From: Candidatus Caldatribacterium sp.
GTDB lineage: Bacteria > Atribacterota > Atribacteria > Atribacterales > Caldatribacteriaceae
Direction: 5' to 3' (one strand)
Assembly (NCBI RefSeq): GCF_025060675.1
Contig: NZ_JANXBI010000036.1
Length of the DNA stretch: 64,000 nucleotides
Shown: positions 28,078 through 37,400 of the stretch, one piece after another
How positions within the stretch are numbered: the first letter of the stretch is position 1
Layout: every line of letters begins with the position of its first letter
Program-made: the position numbers and the translations under genes
The notes under the pieces: model-generated
What the model was told of the DNA's origin: nothing
Databases searched by the model: none
The model's input: only the letters and a program-made list of their open reading frames with translations

Positions 28078-29772
28078 ATGCTCACCGACCTTGAAATCGC
28101 CCAGAGTGCCCACTTAAAGCCCATTACGGAAATTGCTAAAGACCTTGGTCTTGGTGAGGACGATATCGAGCTGTATGGGAAGTACAAGGCGAAAGTATCG
28201 CTTCAAGTGCTTGACAAGCTCAAGAATCGACCACTTGGCAAGTACATTGATGTTACTGCTATCACTCCTACGCCCCTTGGAGAGGGGAAAACGGTCACCA
28301 CTATTGGCCTCTCCATGGCCCTCAACCGAATCGGGAAAAAGAGCATCGTCTGCATTCGCCAGCCATCTCTTGGGCCGGTGTTTGGCATCAAAGGTGGCGC
28401 GGCAGGAGGTGGGTACGCTCAAGTCGTCCCCATGGAAGATTTCAACCTCCATCTCACCGGGGATACCCACGCGGTGGCCTTGGCCCACAACCTCCTTGCG
28501 GCGTTCATCGATAACCACCTCTACCATGGGAATGCCCTCCGCATCGACCCTTTCACCATCAGCTGGCCACGGGTTGTGGACGTGAGTGACCGGGCGCTCC
28601 GGAAGATTATCATCGGACTTGGGGGAAAGGAGAACGGCATCCCTCGAGAATCAGGCTTTGATATTGCGGTAGCTTCGGAGGTTATGGCGATTCTTGCCCT
28701 CACCACGGGCATGAGGGATTTGCGGGAGCGCCTCGGCCGGATTGTTATTGGATACAACGTGGAGAAAAAGCCGGTAACAGCCGAGGACTTGCGATGTGCT
28801 GGGGCCATGGCGGTGCTTTTGAAAGATGCGATCAAGCCGAATCTCCTCCAGACCCTTGAGAATACCCCTTGCTTTGTCCACACAGGACCCTTTGCCAACA
28901 TTGCCCATGGGAACAGTTCCATTCTTGCCGACTACATTGCCCTCCGCCTCAGCGAGTATGTGGTGACTGAAAGTGGCTTTGGTGCCGACTGTGGCATGGA
29001 GAAGTTCATGAACATCAAATGCCGCTACAGTGGCCTTACCCCTGACTGCGTGGTCATGGTGTGCTCGGTTCGGGCCCTAAAAATGCACAGCGGCAAGTAC
29101 AAGGTGGTGCCTGGGAAACCCCTTGACCCAGCCTTGCAGGAAGAGGATGTCGCTGCGGTGGAGCAAGGCGCAGAAAACCTTGTGAAACAGATAGAGAACG
29201 CTCGCCTTTTTGGGGTACCTGTTGTGGTGGCCGTGAACCTCTTCACCACCGATACCGACCGGGAAATCCGGGCGATTGAGCGAATTGCCCTCGACAGTGG
29301 GGCATACGCCTGTGTCGTCTCGGAGGTGTGGGCAAAGGGAGGCGAAGGGGGACGAGAGCTCGCTGAGGCAGTGGTCCGTGCTTGTGAGGAACCTAAGCAT
29401 TTCCGTTTCCTCTACCCCCTTGACATCCCGATAAAAGAGAAGATTGCAATCATTGCGACCCAAATCTATGGGGCTGATGGTGTGGTGTATGATGAAGGTG
29501 TGGAGGAGAAAATAAAGCGTTTCACCGAGTTCGGTTGGGGGAACCTCCCCATCTGTATGGCGAAAACCCACCTTTCCCTCTCCCACGACCCAAAGCTCAA
29601 AGGACGACCTCGAGGGTTCAAGCTCCCTGTAAAGGACATTCGCCCAGCCATTGGAGCAGGGTTCCTCTATCCGCTTTGCGGGGAAATCCGTACCATGCCT
29701 GGGTTGCCTTCAGAGCCTGCAGGGAATAAGGTGGATATCGATGCAGAAGGACGGATTGTGGGGCTTTTCTGA
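28078..29772 (+). CDS. fhs: Formate--tetrahydrofolate ligase
   Basis: TPTPLGEGKTTTTIGL-type P-loop (here TPTPLGEGKTVTTIGL), GIKGGAAGGGYAQV and HGPFANIAHG. 564 aa. Confidence 0.95.
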   Translation: MLTDLEIAQSAHLKPITEIAKDLGLGEDDIELYGKYKAKVSLQVLDKLKNRPLGKYIDVTAITPTPLGEGKTVTTIGLSMALNRIGKKSIVCIRQPSLGPVFGIKGGAAGGGYAQVVPMEDFNLHLTGDTHAVALAHNLLAAFIDNHLYHGNALRIDPFTISWPRVVDVSDRALRKIIIGLGGKENGIPRESGFDIAVASEVMAILALTTGMRDLRERLGRIVIGYNVEKKPVTAEDLRCAGAMAVLLKDAIKPNLLQTLENTPCFVHTGPFANIAHGNSSILADYIALRLSEYVVTESGFGADCGMEKFMNIKCRYSGLTPDCVVMVCSVRALKMHSGKYKVVPGKPLDPALQEEDVAAVEQGAENLVKQIENARLFGVPVVVAVNLFTTDTDREIRAIERIALDSGAYACVVSEVWAKGGEGGRELAEAVVRACEEPKHFRFLYPLDIPIKEKIAIIATQIYGADGVVYDEGVEEKIKRFTEFGWGNLPICMAKTHLSLSHDPKLKGRPRGFKLPVKDIRPAIGAGFLYPLCGEIRTMPGLPSEPAGNKVDIDAEGRIVGLF

Positions 29773-30773
29773 TGGAAAGTGTTGATGTCCTCGTGGTTGG
29801 CGGAGGGGTGGCAGGACTTGCCGTAGCCTCCGCCCTCTGGGAAAAGTACAACGTCGTGCTCCTTGAGGAAAAAGAGTCCTTGGGAGGCCTGGCGCAAGAG
29901 CTCTCTTGTAAGGCAACGGACCGGTGCCTCCGCTGTGGGGTGTGTCGAGCGGTGCATCTTTTGCGGAAAGCTGCTTTCGGTGTGCGTAGCATTCTGGGAG
30001 AACCCCTGAAGGCTGTGGTTTGGGAAAAGAAGGGTTTTCACGTCGCAACGCCTCGCCACGAGTTCCTTGCTCGCTCTATTGTCCTTGCAACTGGGGCGGT
30101 TCCCTTTCCGGTGGAGCGACTCCCTCAATACCTCCGGGGGAGGAAACGGCGCATTTTCACCGGCTTTGAGCTTGAGAAAAAGCTCAAAAGCACCACTCTT
30201 GATGAGCTTGCCGCTTTTTCGTCCTTTGCCTTCGTACAGTGTGTTGGGTCCCGGAATGCGAGGGAAAAGCGAGGGTACTGCTCTCAGGTGTGTTGCCGTT
30301 ACGCATTGCGGCTCATCGAGAATCTCCGCTTTCGACTGCCCCATGCCTTGTTCCATGTCTACTTCATGGACCTCCAGATTCTTGGCGATGGCGAGAATGA
30401 CCTCCGCACCACCGCATCTTCGGTATCTCTGTATCGCTTGATGCCCTCTGCGCTTGCGGAGGATTCCTCGGGGGTCACCGTTACCGTTGAGGCGGATGGA
30501 AAGGTGACCAAGCGGCGTTACGATGCGGTGGTGCTTTCAGTTGGTCTTGTGCCTTCTCCTGGGACGGAACGCGTGGCTGAATTCTTCCGTCTTTCGCGGA
30601 AAGATGGGGGGTTTCTTGTCCCCCGCCCCGAAGACGGCGTTTTCGCCTGTGGCACAGCCACAGGACCAAAGGATATCCTTGGCACCATTTCCGAGGCTGA
30701 AAGGGTTGTGAGTGACCTTGTGGGGTTCCTTGGGGGATCATACCGTGGTTTGGGTGTGCCTGCTCTGTCCTGA
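29772..30773 (+). CDS. Short HdrA-like FAD/Fe-S oxidoreductase (single thioredoxin-reductase-like unit)
   Basis: VLVVGGGVAGLA (FAD GxGxxG), a Cys cluster (CKATDRCLRCGVC), the HdrA signature FVQCVGSRNAREKRGYCSQVCC, and the C-terminal FAD motif VFACGTATGPKDI. The ATG overlaps the fhs stop (TGATG). Confidence 0.7.
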   Translation: MESVDVLVVGGGVAGLAVASALWEKYNVVLLEEKESLGGLAQELSCKATDRCLRCGVCRAVHLLRKAAFGVRSILGEPLKAVVWEKKGFHVATPRHEFLARSIVLATGAVPFPVERLPQYLRGRKRRIFTGFELEKKLKSTTLDELAAFSSFAFVQCVGSRNAREKRGYCSQVCCRYALRLIENLRFRLPHALFHVYFMDLQILGDGENDLRTTASSVSLYRLMPSALAEDSSGVTVTVEADGKVTKRRYDAVVLSVGLVPSPGTERVAEFFRLSRKDGGFLVPRPEDGVFACGTATGPKDILGTISEAERVVSDLVGFLGGSYRGLGVPALS

Positions 30774-32088
30774 TGGTGTGAGCCCACCGGCGTGGGTGAC
30801 TGAAGAGCTCAGAACGTGCGGTTTTTCCTTTGAGGTCGCTTCCTTGTCGCAGCCGAAAGCTCTTCCACCTGCGTCCCTCTTTGTGGTCCTTGGGAACTCC
30901 CTGTGGACGGAGGATGAGGGTACTGCACTTGCCGTGCAGCTTGGTGTGAACCCTCTTGCCGTTTTCGTTTTCCCCTATGATGAGGTGTGTCCGCTTCCTG
31001 ACGCAAAACGCCGGATGCTTTGGCGGAGCTTTCTTGCTTCTCTTGCCCCTCCCACAAGGACCGTTATTCCTTTTCCGGTCATCCCGACTCGGAGGGTCCT
31101 CCTCTATCCTGAGGATCATGGTGTGCTCCGCGAAGCCTTAGCCCGGGTGGATATTCCTGTGGTCTTTTTCCCCTCCTTTACCCTTGTCCGGAGAGGGGTA
31201 GACTTCTACGTGAGGCCGTACGATGTCTTCGTTGGGGCTTGCATCCTCATTCCTTCCTTCCGGGAAGAACCACCTCTTCCCATTCCCCAAGAGGTCCTGG
31301 AAACGAGGAGGGTGGTTGACCTTGTCCACCTTCCCCAGGTTCTTGGGATTTCTCCGGTACGGCGGAAACGCCTCGTTGTCCTTGTCCCTGCCCCGCATCC
31401 GTATCCGGAAGACTGGGAGAGGATTTTTGCCCTTATGTCCCTACCCGCTCAAGGAATGGAGGTTGTGGTCCTTGCGGAAGACATTTTCGTCGCCCGTGAG
31501 GGGTTTGAGGAGGCTTTCCGGAAGGCCCGGGAAAGCGGGGTCATCTTCGAGAAGCTCTCCCTTTCCCGCGTCACCCTCTCACCAAGTCCGGATATGCGTC
31601 GCATCATCGTCCAATACGTTCCGGAGAACGATCCTATCCCGGTGCGTCTTGAGGCCCATTTCCTTGTCCCGGTGGCGCGGAAAACCCTTACTCTCCCACC
31701 CTTTGAGACAGTCTTCATGAGTGACCGAGAGGTTTCCCTTGAGATTCCTGAGAATCCCCAGTTCCCACCCTGTGCCACAAACATCCCTGGGGTTTTTGTC
31801 GCCCGAGGTGACGTTGCCGACCTTGTGGCGGCTGTTACCTCTTACCTCAGGGAGAAGAGGGTGGCTGGAGAAGGACGGGTGGTAGTTGACACAGACCGTT
31901 GCGCCTTGTGTTTGACGTGCCTTCGGAGCTGTCCTGTGGGGGCGATTGTCCTCTCTGGGGAGCTCAAGCGGTGCATCGCGGTGAATGCGGCGCTCTGCGT
32001 GCGATGTGGCGTTTGTGCTGGGCTTTGTCCGGCAAAAGCTTTGCGCTTTGAGGTGGTCCGTGGTGTCCTTGGGCATTATCGGTTGTGA
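30712..32088 (+). CDS. Degenerate HdrA-like protein (no GxGxxG) with C-terminal 2x[4Fe-4S] ferredoxin domain
   Basis: It is co-linear with residues of about 925-1473 of the large Hdr fusion downstream: VVWVCLLCPDG matches IGVFVCRCGVNI, and GVNPLAVFVF matches GLNPYLFAMA. However, the FAD motif and the CVGSR...CC cluster are absent. The C-terminus carries CALCLTCLRSCP and CVRCGVCAGLCP. The start is uncertain (GTG at 30712 or downstream). Confidence 0.5.
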   Translation: MTLWGSLGDHTVVWVCLLCPDGVSPPAWVTEELRTCGFSFEVASLSQPKALPPASLFVVLGNSLWTEDEGTALAVQLGVNPLAVFVFPYDEVCPLPDAKRRMLWRSFLASLAPPTRTVIPFPVIPTRRVLLYPEDHGVLREALARVDIPVVFFPSFTLVRRGVDFYVRPYDVFVGACILIPSFREEPPLPIPQEVLETRRVVDLVHLPQVLGISPVRRKRLVVLVPAPHPYPEDWERIFALMSLPAQGMEVVVLAEDIFVAREGFEEAFRKARESGVIFEKLSLSRVTLSPSPDMRRIIVQYVPENDPIPVRLEAHFLVPVARKTLTLPPFETVFMSDREVSLEIPENPQFPPCATNIPGVFVARGDVADLVAAVTSYLREKRVAGEGRVVVDTDRCALCLTCLRSCPVGAIVLSGELKRCIAVNAALCVRCGVCAGLCPAKALRFEVVRGVLGHYRL

Positions 32089-32410
32089 GCGGAGTGGGTT
32101 CCCAGCGCTCTGTGTCCTGGGAAAGGAGAACCCAGAAGTCTGGGAGGGTATTGTTGCGGCTATTCCTGTTCCTTGTCTTGGAGGGGTCGAGGAGGAGATG
32201 ATGCTTGAAGTGCTCCTCCGATGCGATCGGTTGCTCCTTGTGGGTTGTCCTCCCTTGAGTTGCCGGGGGGTGCAGGGGAGCGTCCTTGCGGAGAAACGGG
32301 TGGCACGGGTATCCCAGCTCCTTGCGGAAGCTGGGATACCTAAAGAGGTCCAGTGTGTTTTCGCTCACGTGCATCGCCTGGGAGAACTCAAAGCGAGGGT
32401 CCTTGCGTGA
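32060..32410 (+). CDS. Divergent MvhD/FlpD-like small Fe-S protein
   Basis: IIGCERSG...PVPCLGGV...LVGCPPLSCRG is co-linear with the canonical copy at 38817 (FLCHWCSY...RVPCSGSV...VSGCHPGDCHY). The GTG starts at 32060/32063 are preceded by gaggtgg. Confidence 0.5.
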   Translation: MVSLGIIGCERSGFPALCVLGKENPEVWEGIVAAIPVPCLGGVEEEMMLEVLLRCDRLLLVGCPPLSCRGVQGSVLAEKRVARVSQLLAEAGIPKEVQCVFAHVHRLGELKARVLA

Positions 32411-33057
32411 TTGTTGGAGAACGGAAACCCCTCAAGGAGGTTCTTGAGCTCCTTTCCCCCCACCGGAAGGTTCTCGTTGTGGGTTGTGGGGCGTGTGTGA
32501 CGGTGTGTCTTGCGGGGGGTGAGCGGGAAGCCCGGGAACTTGCGCTGCTTCTGCGGCTTAAGGGTTTTGAGACTGAGGCAACATCGGTTGAGCGGCAATG
32601 TGAGCGGGAGTTCCTTGTGCCCCTCCGGGAGAGCATCCGTACTTTCTCTGCAGTGCTTTCTCTCGCCTGTGGCGTGGGGGTACAGGTGGTAAGCGATACC
32701 GTCCCAGAGGTTCCCGTTTTTCCTGGCCTCAACACGAGTTTCATGGGTGCGCCTCTTGCTGTGGGAGTCTTTGAAGAGCGATGCATTGGGTGCGGCGAGT
32801 GCATCGTGCATCGTTTTGGGAATATCTGTCCGGTGGCCCGGTGTGCGAAAAGCCTCCTCAACGGTCCCTGCGGAGGGTCAAGAGGTGGAAAGTGTGAGGT
32901 TCGACCTGAACGGGATTGCGCGTGGCAACTCATTTACGAGCGGATGCGAGCCCTTGGAAGGGTTGAGGAACTCTTCGCCATTCAGCCTCCCAAGAATTGG
33001 GCACCTTCTCGCTTTGGGGCTCAAAGGAGGGTTGTGCGGGAGGATGTTCGGCAATGA
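32407..33057 (+). CDS. metV: MetV (methylenetetrahydrofolate reductase C-terminal-domain Fe-S/Zn protein)
   Basis: VVGCGACVTVCLAGGE...CIGCGECIV...CPVARCAKSLLNGPCGGS is typical of acetogen MetV. It has a GTGA start/stop overlap with the preceding gene. Confidence 0.8.
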   Translation: MIVGERKPLKEVLELLSPHRKVLVVGCGACVTVCLAGGEREARELALLLRLKGFETEATSVERQCEREFLVPLRESIRTFSAVLSLACGVGVQVVSDTVPEVPVFPGLNTSFMGAPLAVGVFEERCIGCGECIVHRFGNICPVARCAKSLLNGPCGGSRGGKCEVRPERDCAWQLIYERMRALGRVEELFAIQPPKNWAPSRFGAQRRVVREDVRQ

Positions 33058-33980
33058 GCGTGCTCCAAGAGCTCCTCAAGCAAGGGGTCTTTGTGGTGAC
33101 CGCTGAGGTTGGTCCCCCAAAAGGGGTGGACCAAGAGGGTTTTCGGAAGAAGTGTGCCCAAGTGAAGGGATACGTGGATGCGGTGAATGTCACGGATAAC
33201 CAGACAGCGGTTGTGCGCCTCTCTAGCTTTGCCAGTTGCCTTATTGTGCGCACCATGGGTCTTGAGCCGGTTATGCAGCTTGCCTGTCGAGACAGGAATC
33301 GTATCGCGTTGCAGAGTGACTTCCTTGGAGCCTGTGCGCTGGGGATTGAGAACTTCCTCTGCATTACGGGTGACCACCAAAGCCTTGGGAACCATCCTGA
33401 CGCGAAGAGCGTATTCGACATCGACTCAATACAGCTCCTCTCTATCTTCCGGAGACTCCGGGATGAAGGGATTTTGGCCAATGGGGAGAAGGTGAGGGGA
33501 GACATTCGGGCATTCCTTGGAGCCGGGGAAAATCCCTTTGCCGATCCCCTGGAGTTTCGTGTTTTCCGTTTGGCCAAGAAGGTGGAAGCAGGAGCCCAAT
33601 TCATCCAAACGCAGGCCGTCTTCGACCTTGAGGTGTTCTCTCGATGGATGGAGGAGGTTCGCCGCCTCAAACTCCATGAGAGGGTCCATATCCTTGCGGG
33701 GGTTATTCCGCTAAAGTCTCTACAGGCGCTCCGCTACATGAAGGAAGAGGTGCCGGGAATGGTCATCCCGCGTTGGGTTGAAGAGCGGATGGAGCGCGCT
33801 CAGGATCCGAAGGAAGAAGGGGTACGGATTGCCGTTGAGATTATCGAGGCGCTCCGCAAAATGGAAGGAGTGCGGGGGGTGCACATTATGGCGGTGGCGT
33901 GGGAGAGCATCGTTCCTGAAATTGTCCAACAATCAGGCCTTTTCCCCCGTCCGGCACAGGGGGTGGTTGAGGGTGTATGA
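33054..33980 (+). CDS. metF: 5,10-methylenetetrahydrofolate reductase
   Basis: VTAEVGPPKG, VNVTDNQ, CRDRNRIALQSD, ITGD and the TIM-barrel MetF pattern. It has an ATGA overlap with metV. Confidence 0.9.
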   Translation: MSVLQELLKQGVFVVTAEVGPPKGVDQEGFRKKCAQVKGYVDAVNVTDNQTAVVRLSSFASCLIVRTMGLEPVMQLACRDRNRIALQSDFLGACALGIENFLCITGDHQSLGNHPDAKSVFDIDSIQLLSIFRRLRDEGILANGEKVRGDIRAFLGAGENPFADPLEFRVFRLAKKVEAGAQFIQTQAVFDLEVFSRWMEEVRRLKLHERVHILAGVIPLKSLQALRYMKEEVPGMVIPRWVEERMERAQDPKEEGVRIAVEIIEALRKMEGVRGVHIMAVAWESIVPEIVQQSGLFPRPAQGVVEGV

Positions 33981-34431
33981 TGCCGCTTTCCGATACGAGG
34001 TTGCCCATCGTCCGGGAGGAGAGGGACTTTTCCTCTGCTTTTCCTGCGGGGTATGTACAGCGACCTGTCCGGTAGCCGAGGTGGATGAGGATTTCAATCC
34101 TCGTCGAATCATCCACAGCGTCCTCCTTGGGGATCGGAGCGTTCTCTCCTCTCGGAGTATTTGGATGTGTGCCGCCTGTTTTCGCTGTGTTGCCCATTGC
34201 CCTCAGGGAGTGGAGTTCGCCAACGTTCTCCAGGTTCTTCGAGAGATGGCTGTTGCAGAGGGTCATGTTCCGGAGGAAGTCCGACGGATCATCGAACACC
34301 TTGATGCCCGAACCCAGAAGCTTCGTCGGGACTTCATCGCGCTCCTCTTTGAGAGGAGGGCGTTCTCGTTTCCAGAGTATGAAGACCTCTGGAAGCGTTA
34401 CTTAGGAGGGGGAACGCATGGAACGTCGTAA
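33973..34431 (+). CDS. HdrC-like 2x[4Fe-4S] protein
   Basis: Two CxxCxxCxxxCP motifs (CFSCGVCTATCP and CAACFRCVAHCP) are spaced as in heterodisulfide reductase subunit C. The GTG at 33973 overlaps the metF stop. Confidence 0.7.
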   Translation: MYDAAFRYEVAHRPGGEGLFLCFSCGVCTATCPVAEVDEDFNPRRIIHSVLLGDRSVLSSRSIWMCAACFRCVAHCPQGVEFANVLQVLREMAVAEGHVPEEVRRIIEHLDARTQKLRRDFIALLFERRAFSFPEYEDLWKRYLGGGTHGTS

Positions 34432-37400
34432 CCCCCTTGGAACGGTGCTTGTTGTCGGTGGTGGTATCGCAGGTATTGAGGCAGCCTTGGACCTTGCTGA
34501 GGCAGGATTTTTCGTGCACCTCGTTGAGAAGTCCTCAAGCATTGGAGGTCTCATGGCGCGCTTAGATAAGACCTTTCCCACGAACGATTGCGCCATGTGT
34601 ATCCTCTCGCCAAAGCTCGTTGAGTGTGGCCGCCACCTCAACATTGCCGTGCATACCCTTTCGGAGGTTGTGGATGTCTCAGGAGAGCCAGGGCATTTTG
34701 TGGTTACCATCCTTGAGAACCCTCGCTACGTTGATGTTGCCTCCTGCACCGGGTGTGGGGACTGTGCGAGCGTCTGCCCAGTGGATGTGCCAAACGACTT
34801 TGAAGGGGGACTGAGCCTTCGGAAGGCGGTCTTCCGCCTCTTCCCCCAGGCATTCCCTGGGGCATTCCAGATTCACAAAAAGGGGGTACCAAACTGCCAA
34901 GCGGCTTGTCCCCTCGAGCAAAAAGCCCAGGGGTACATTGCCCTTCTCCGACAAGGGCGCTTTGCGGAAGCCGTGCAGGTCGTGCGGATGGATAACCCCT
35001 TTCCAGGTATTTGTGGCCGAGCATGCCACCATCCCTGCATGGACCAATGCCAAAGGGGTATGTTCGATGCTCCTCTCCGCATCCCCTTCCTCAAACGGTT
35101 TCTCGCCGATTGGGAACGGAACTCTGGAAAGGTCCTGCTTCCTCAAATCCGAGGGGAACGCCCAGAACGGGTTGCTGTTGTTGGTGCAGGACCAAGCGGC
35201 TTAAGTTGCGCATACTTCCTGCGTCTTCTCGGGTACCGTGTGGTGGTTTTCGAAGCACAGAACCAGCCTGGGGGGATGATGCGCTTTGGGATTCCTCCGT
35301 ACCGTCTCCCCCGAGAAGTTGTGGAATGGGAAATTGCTGCCTTAGAGCAACTTGGTGTAGAGATTCGCTGTGGGACCAGCTGGGGAAGGGATTTCACGCT
35401 TGCTGACCTCTTTGCCTGGGGATACTCTGCGGTGTACCTTGCCTGTGGGGCCTGGAAGGGGGCAAAGCTCGGTGTTGAGGGAGAAGACCATCCTCAGGTC
35501 ATCGATGGTCTGGCGTATCTTCTAAGCTGTTCCCGTTGCGAAGATGTCCCCAAAGCCGAACGGATTGCCGTTATCGGTGGTGGCAATGTGGCCATTGACT
35601 GTGCCCGTACTGCCCTCCGCCAAGGGGCGAAAGAGGTCACCATCTACTACCGTCGTTCTTTCGATGAGATGCCAGCTCGCCCGGAGGAAGTTGAAGAGGC
35701 CAGAGAGGAGGGTGTAGAGTTCGTTTTCTGTGCGGCGCCAAAGCGCTTCATCGAGAGGGATGGACGGCTCTTCTTGGAGATGCTTGGTGTCCGACTCTGT
35801 GCTCCTGACGAATCTGGGAGGCGACGGCCTGAGGTTGTCCCAGGAAGTGAGTTCACCGTCTCAGCGGACCTCTACATCGTGGCCACGGGACAAAAGATTG
35901 CCATCCCCAAGGATGAAGGGCTTGAGCTCACCCCTTGGGGGACGGTCAGAGTTGACCGAAACCTTGCAACTTCAATACCTCGGGTGTTCGCTGGCGGAGA
36001 TCTCGTCCTTGGGCCGGCAACCCTTGTTGAGGCTATTGCCCACGGGAAGAGAGCTGCCTACGCCATCGATGCTCTTTTCCGTGGTCAATCCTTTGGGGAG
36101 GACCCCCGTTCGCCTGCGCCCCTTGCGCTCCCTTGGGGCACCGCAAGGAATCCTGGGGAGCAACCTCGAAGACTTGAAGTCGCGAAGCGTCTTTTGGGAT
36201 TCTCCGAGGTCGTCTCTGGGTACACCGAGGAGGAGGCACGAAAAGAAGCTGCAAGGTGTCTCTCCTGTGGAGGATGCGCAGAGTGCCTGCGGTGCGTGGA
36301 GGCATGTCAGAGAGGCGCCATACGCCACGGGGACGAGCCTCGTCTTCGCCAGCTTGAGGTTGGAGCAATCATCTACGCTCAGGGGACTGAGGTGTTGCGT
36401 CCCAAGGAAGTGCTCCGGGAACTTGGTCTTGGACGGTGCCCCAATGTCATTACGAGTCTGGATTTTGAACGGATTCTCAATGCCTCCGGACCCACGAAGG
36501 GGCAGGTTGTTCGGCCCTCGGATGGCAAAGTCCCTCGCAGGATTGCCTTTGTCCAGTGCGTGGGATCCCGTGATGTGAAACGCGGTCACTCCTACTGTTC
36601 CTCGGTGTGCTGCATGTACGCTATCAAAGAGGCACTCGTTGCCCAAGAGCATCTCCGTGTGGAGGGGGACAGTGCTCCTTTTGAGGTCACCGTATTCCTC
36701 ATCGACATGCGTGCCTTTGGGAAAGATTTCGAGCGGTACTATGAGCGAGCGAAAGCGCAGGGGATTCGCTTTGTCCGAGGGCGGGTGAGTCATGTCCTCC
36801 CACAGGAGAACGGCGATGTTGTGGTGTTCTCCGTTGATGAGGGAGGGAACAAAAGGAGCGAGGTTTACGACCTTGTGGTGCTCTCTGTGGGGCTTTGTGT
36901 CCCTGAGGAAGAGCGAAAACGCCTCAGGGAATTGGGGATTCCCCTTGACCCGGAGGGCTTTCCGTACACTGCCGCCTTCGGGACGCGGATGGTACGGCCT
37001 GGGATTTTCGTGTGCGGGAGCCTTGCCGGTCCCAAGGACATCCCAGGAACGGTGGTTGAAGCAGGTGCTGTTGCTTGTGAAGTAGGGGCATTGCTTGCGC
37101 CATCCCGTCGGCAGCATGTTCGGGAGAAAACGTACCCGAAAGAACGAGAGGTGCGTTCTGAGCCGCTGCGCATTGGGGTTTTCGTGTGTCGCTGCGGAGT
37201 GAACATTGCTGGAGTTGTGGACACTGGAGCAGTTGCGGCTTGGGCAAGGGAACTCCCTGGGGTGGTGTACGTTGAGGAGAATCTCTACACCTGTTCTCAG
37301 GACACGCAGGAACGGATAAAGGAAAAGATAGCCGAATACCGCCTCAATCGAGTGGTCGTTGCCTCCTGTTCCCCACGGACCCATGAACCCCTTTTCCGAG

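Noticed and set aside
29772-32088. The idea that the two overlapping HdrA-like ORFs are one gene broken by a frameshift (a pseudogene).
   Set aside because: The first ORF ends after a complete C-terminal FAD motif (VFACGTATGPKDI...). That is where an HdrA unit ends in the downstream fusion. The second ORF begins at the equivalent of the next domain. The split therefore falls at a domain boundary, and both frames stay open. A sequencing-error frameshift in the 30712-30773 overlap cannot be fully excluded.
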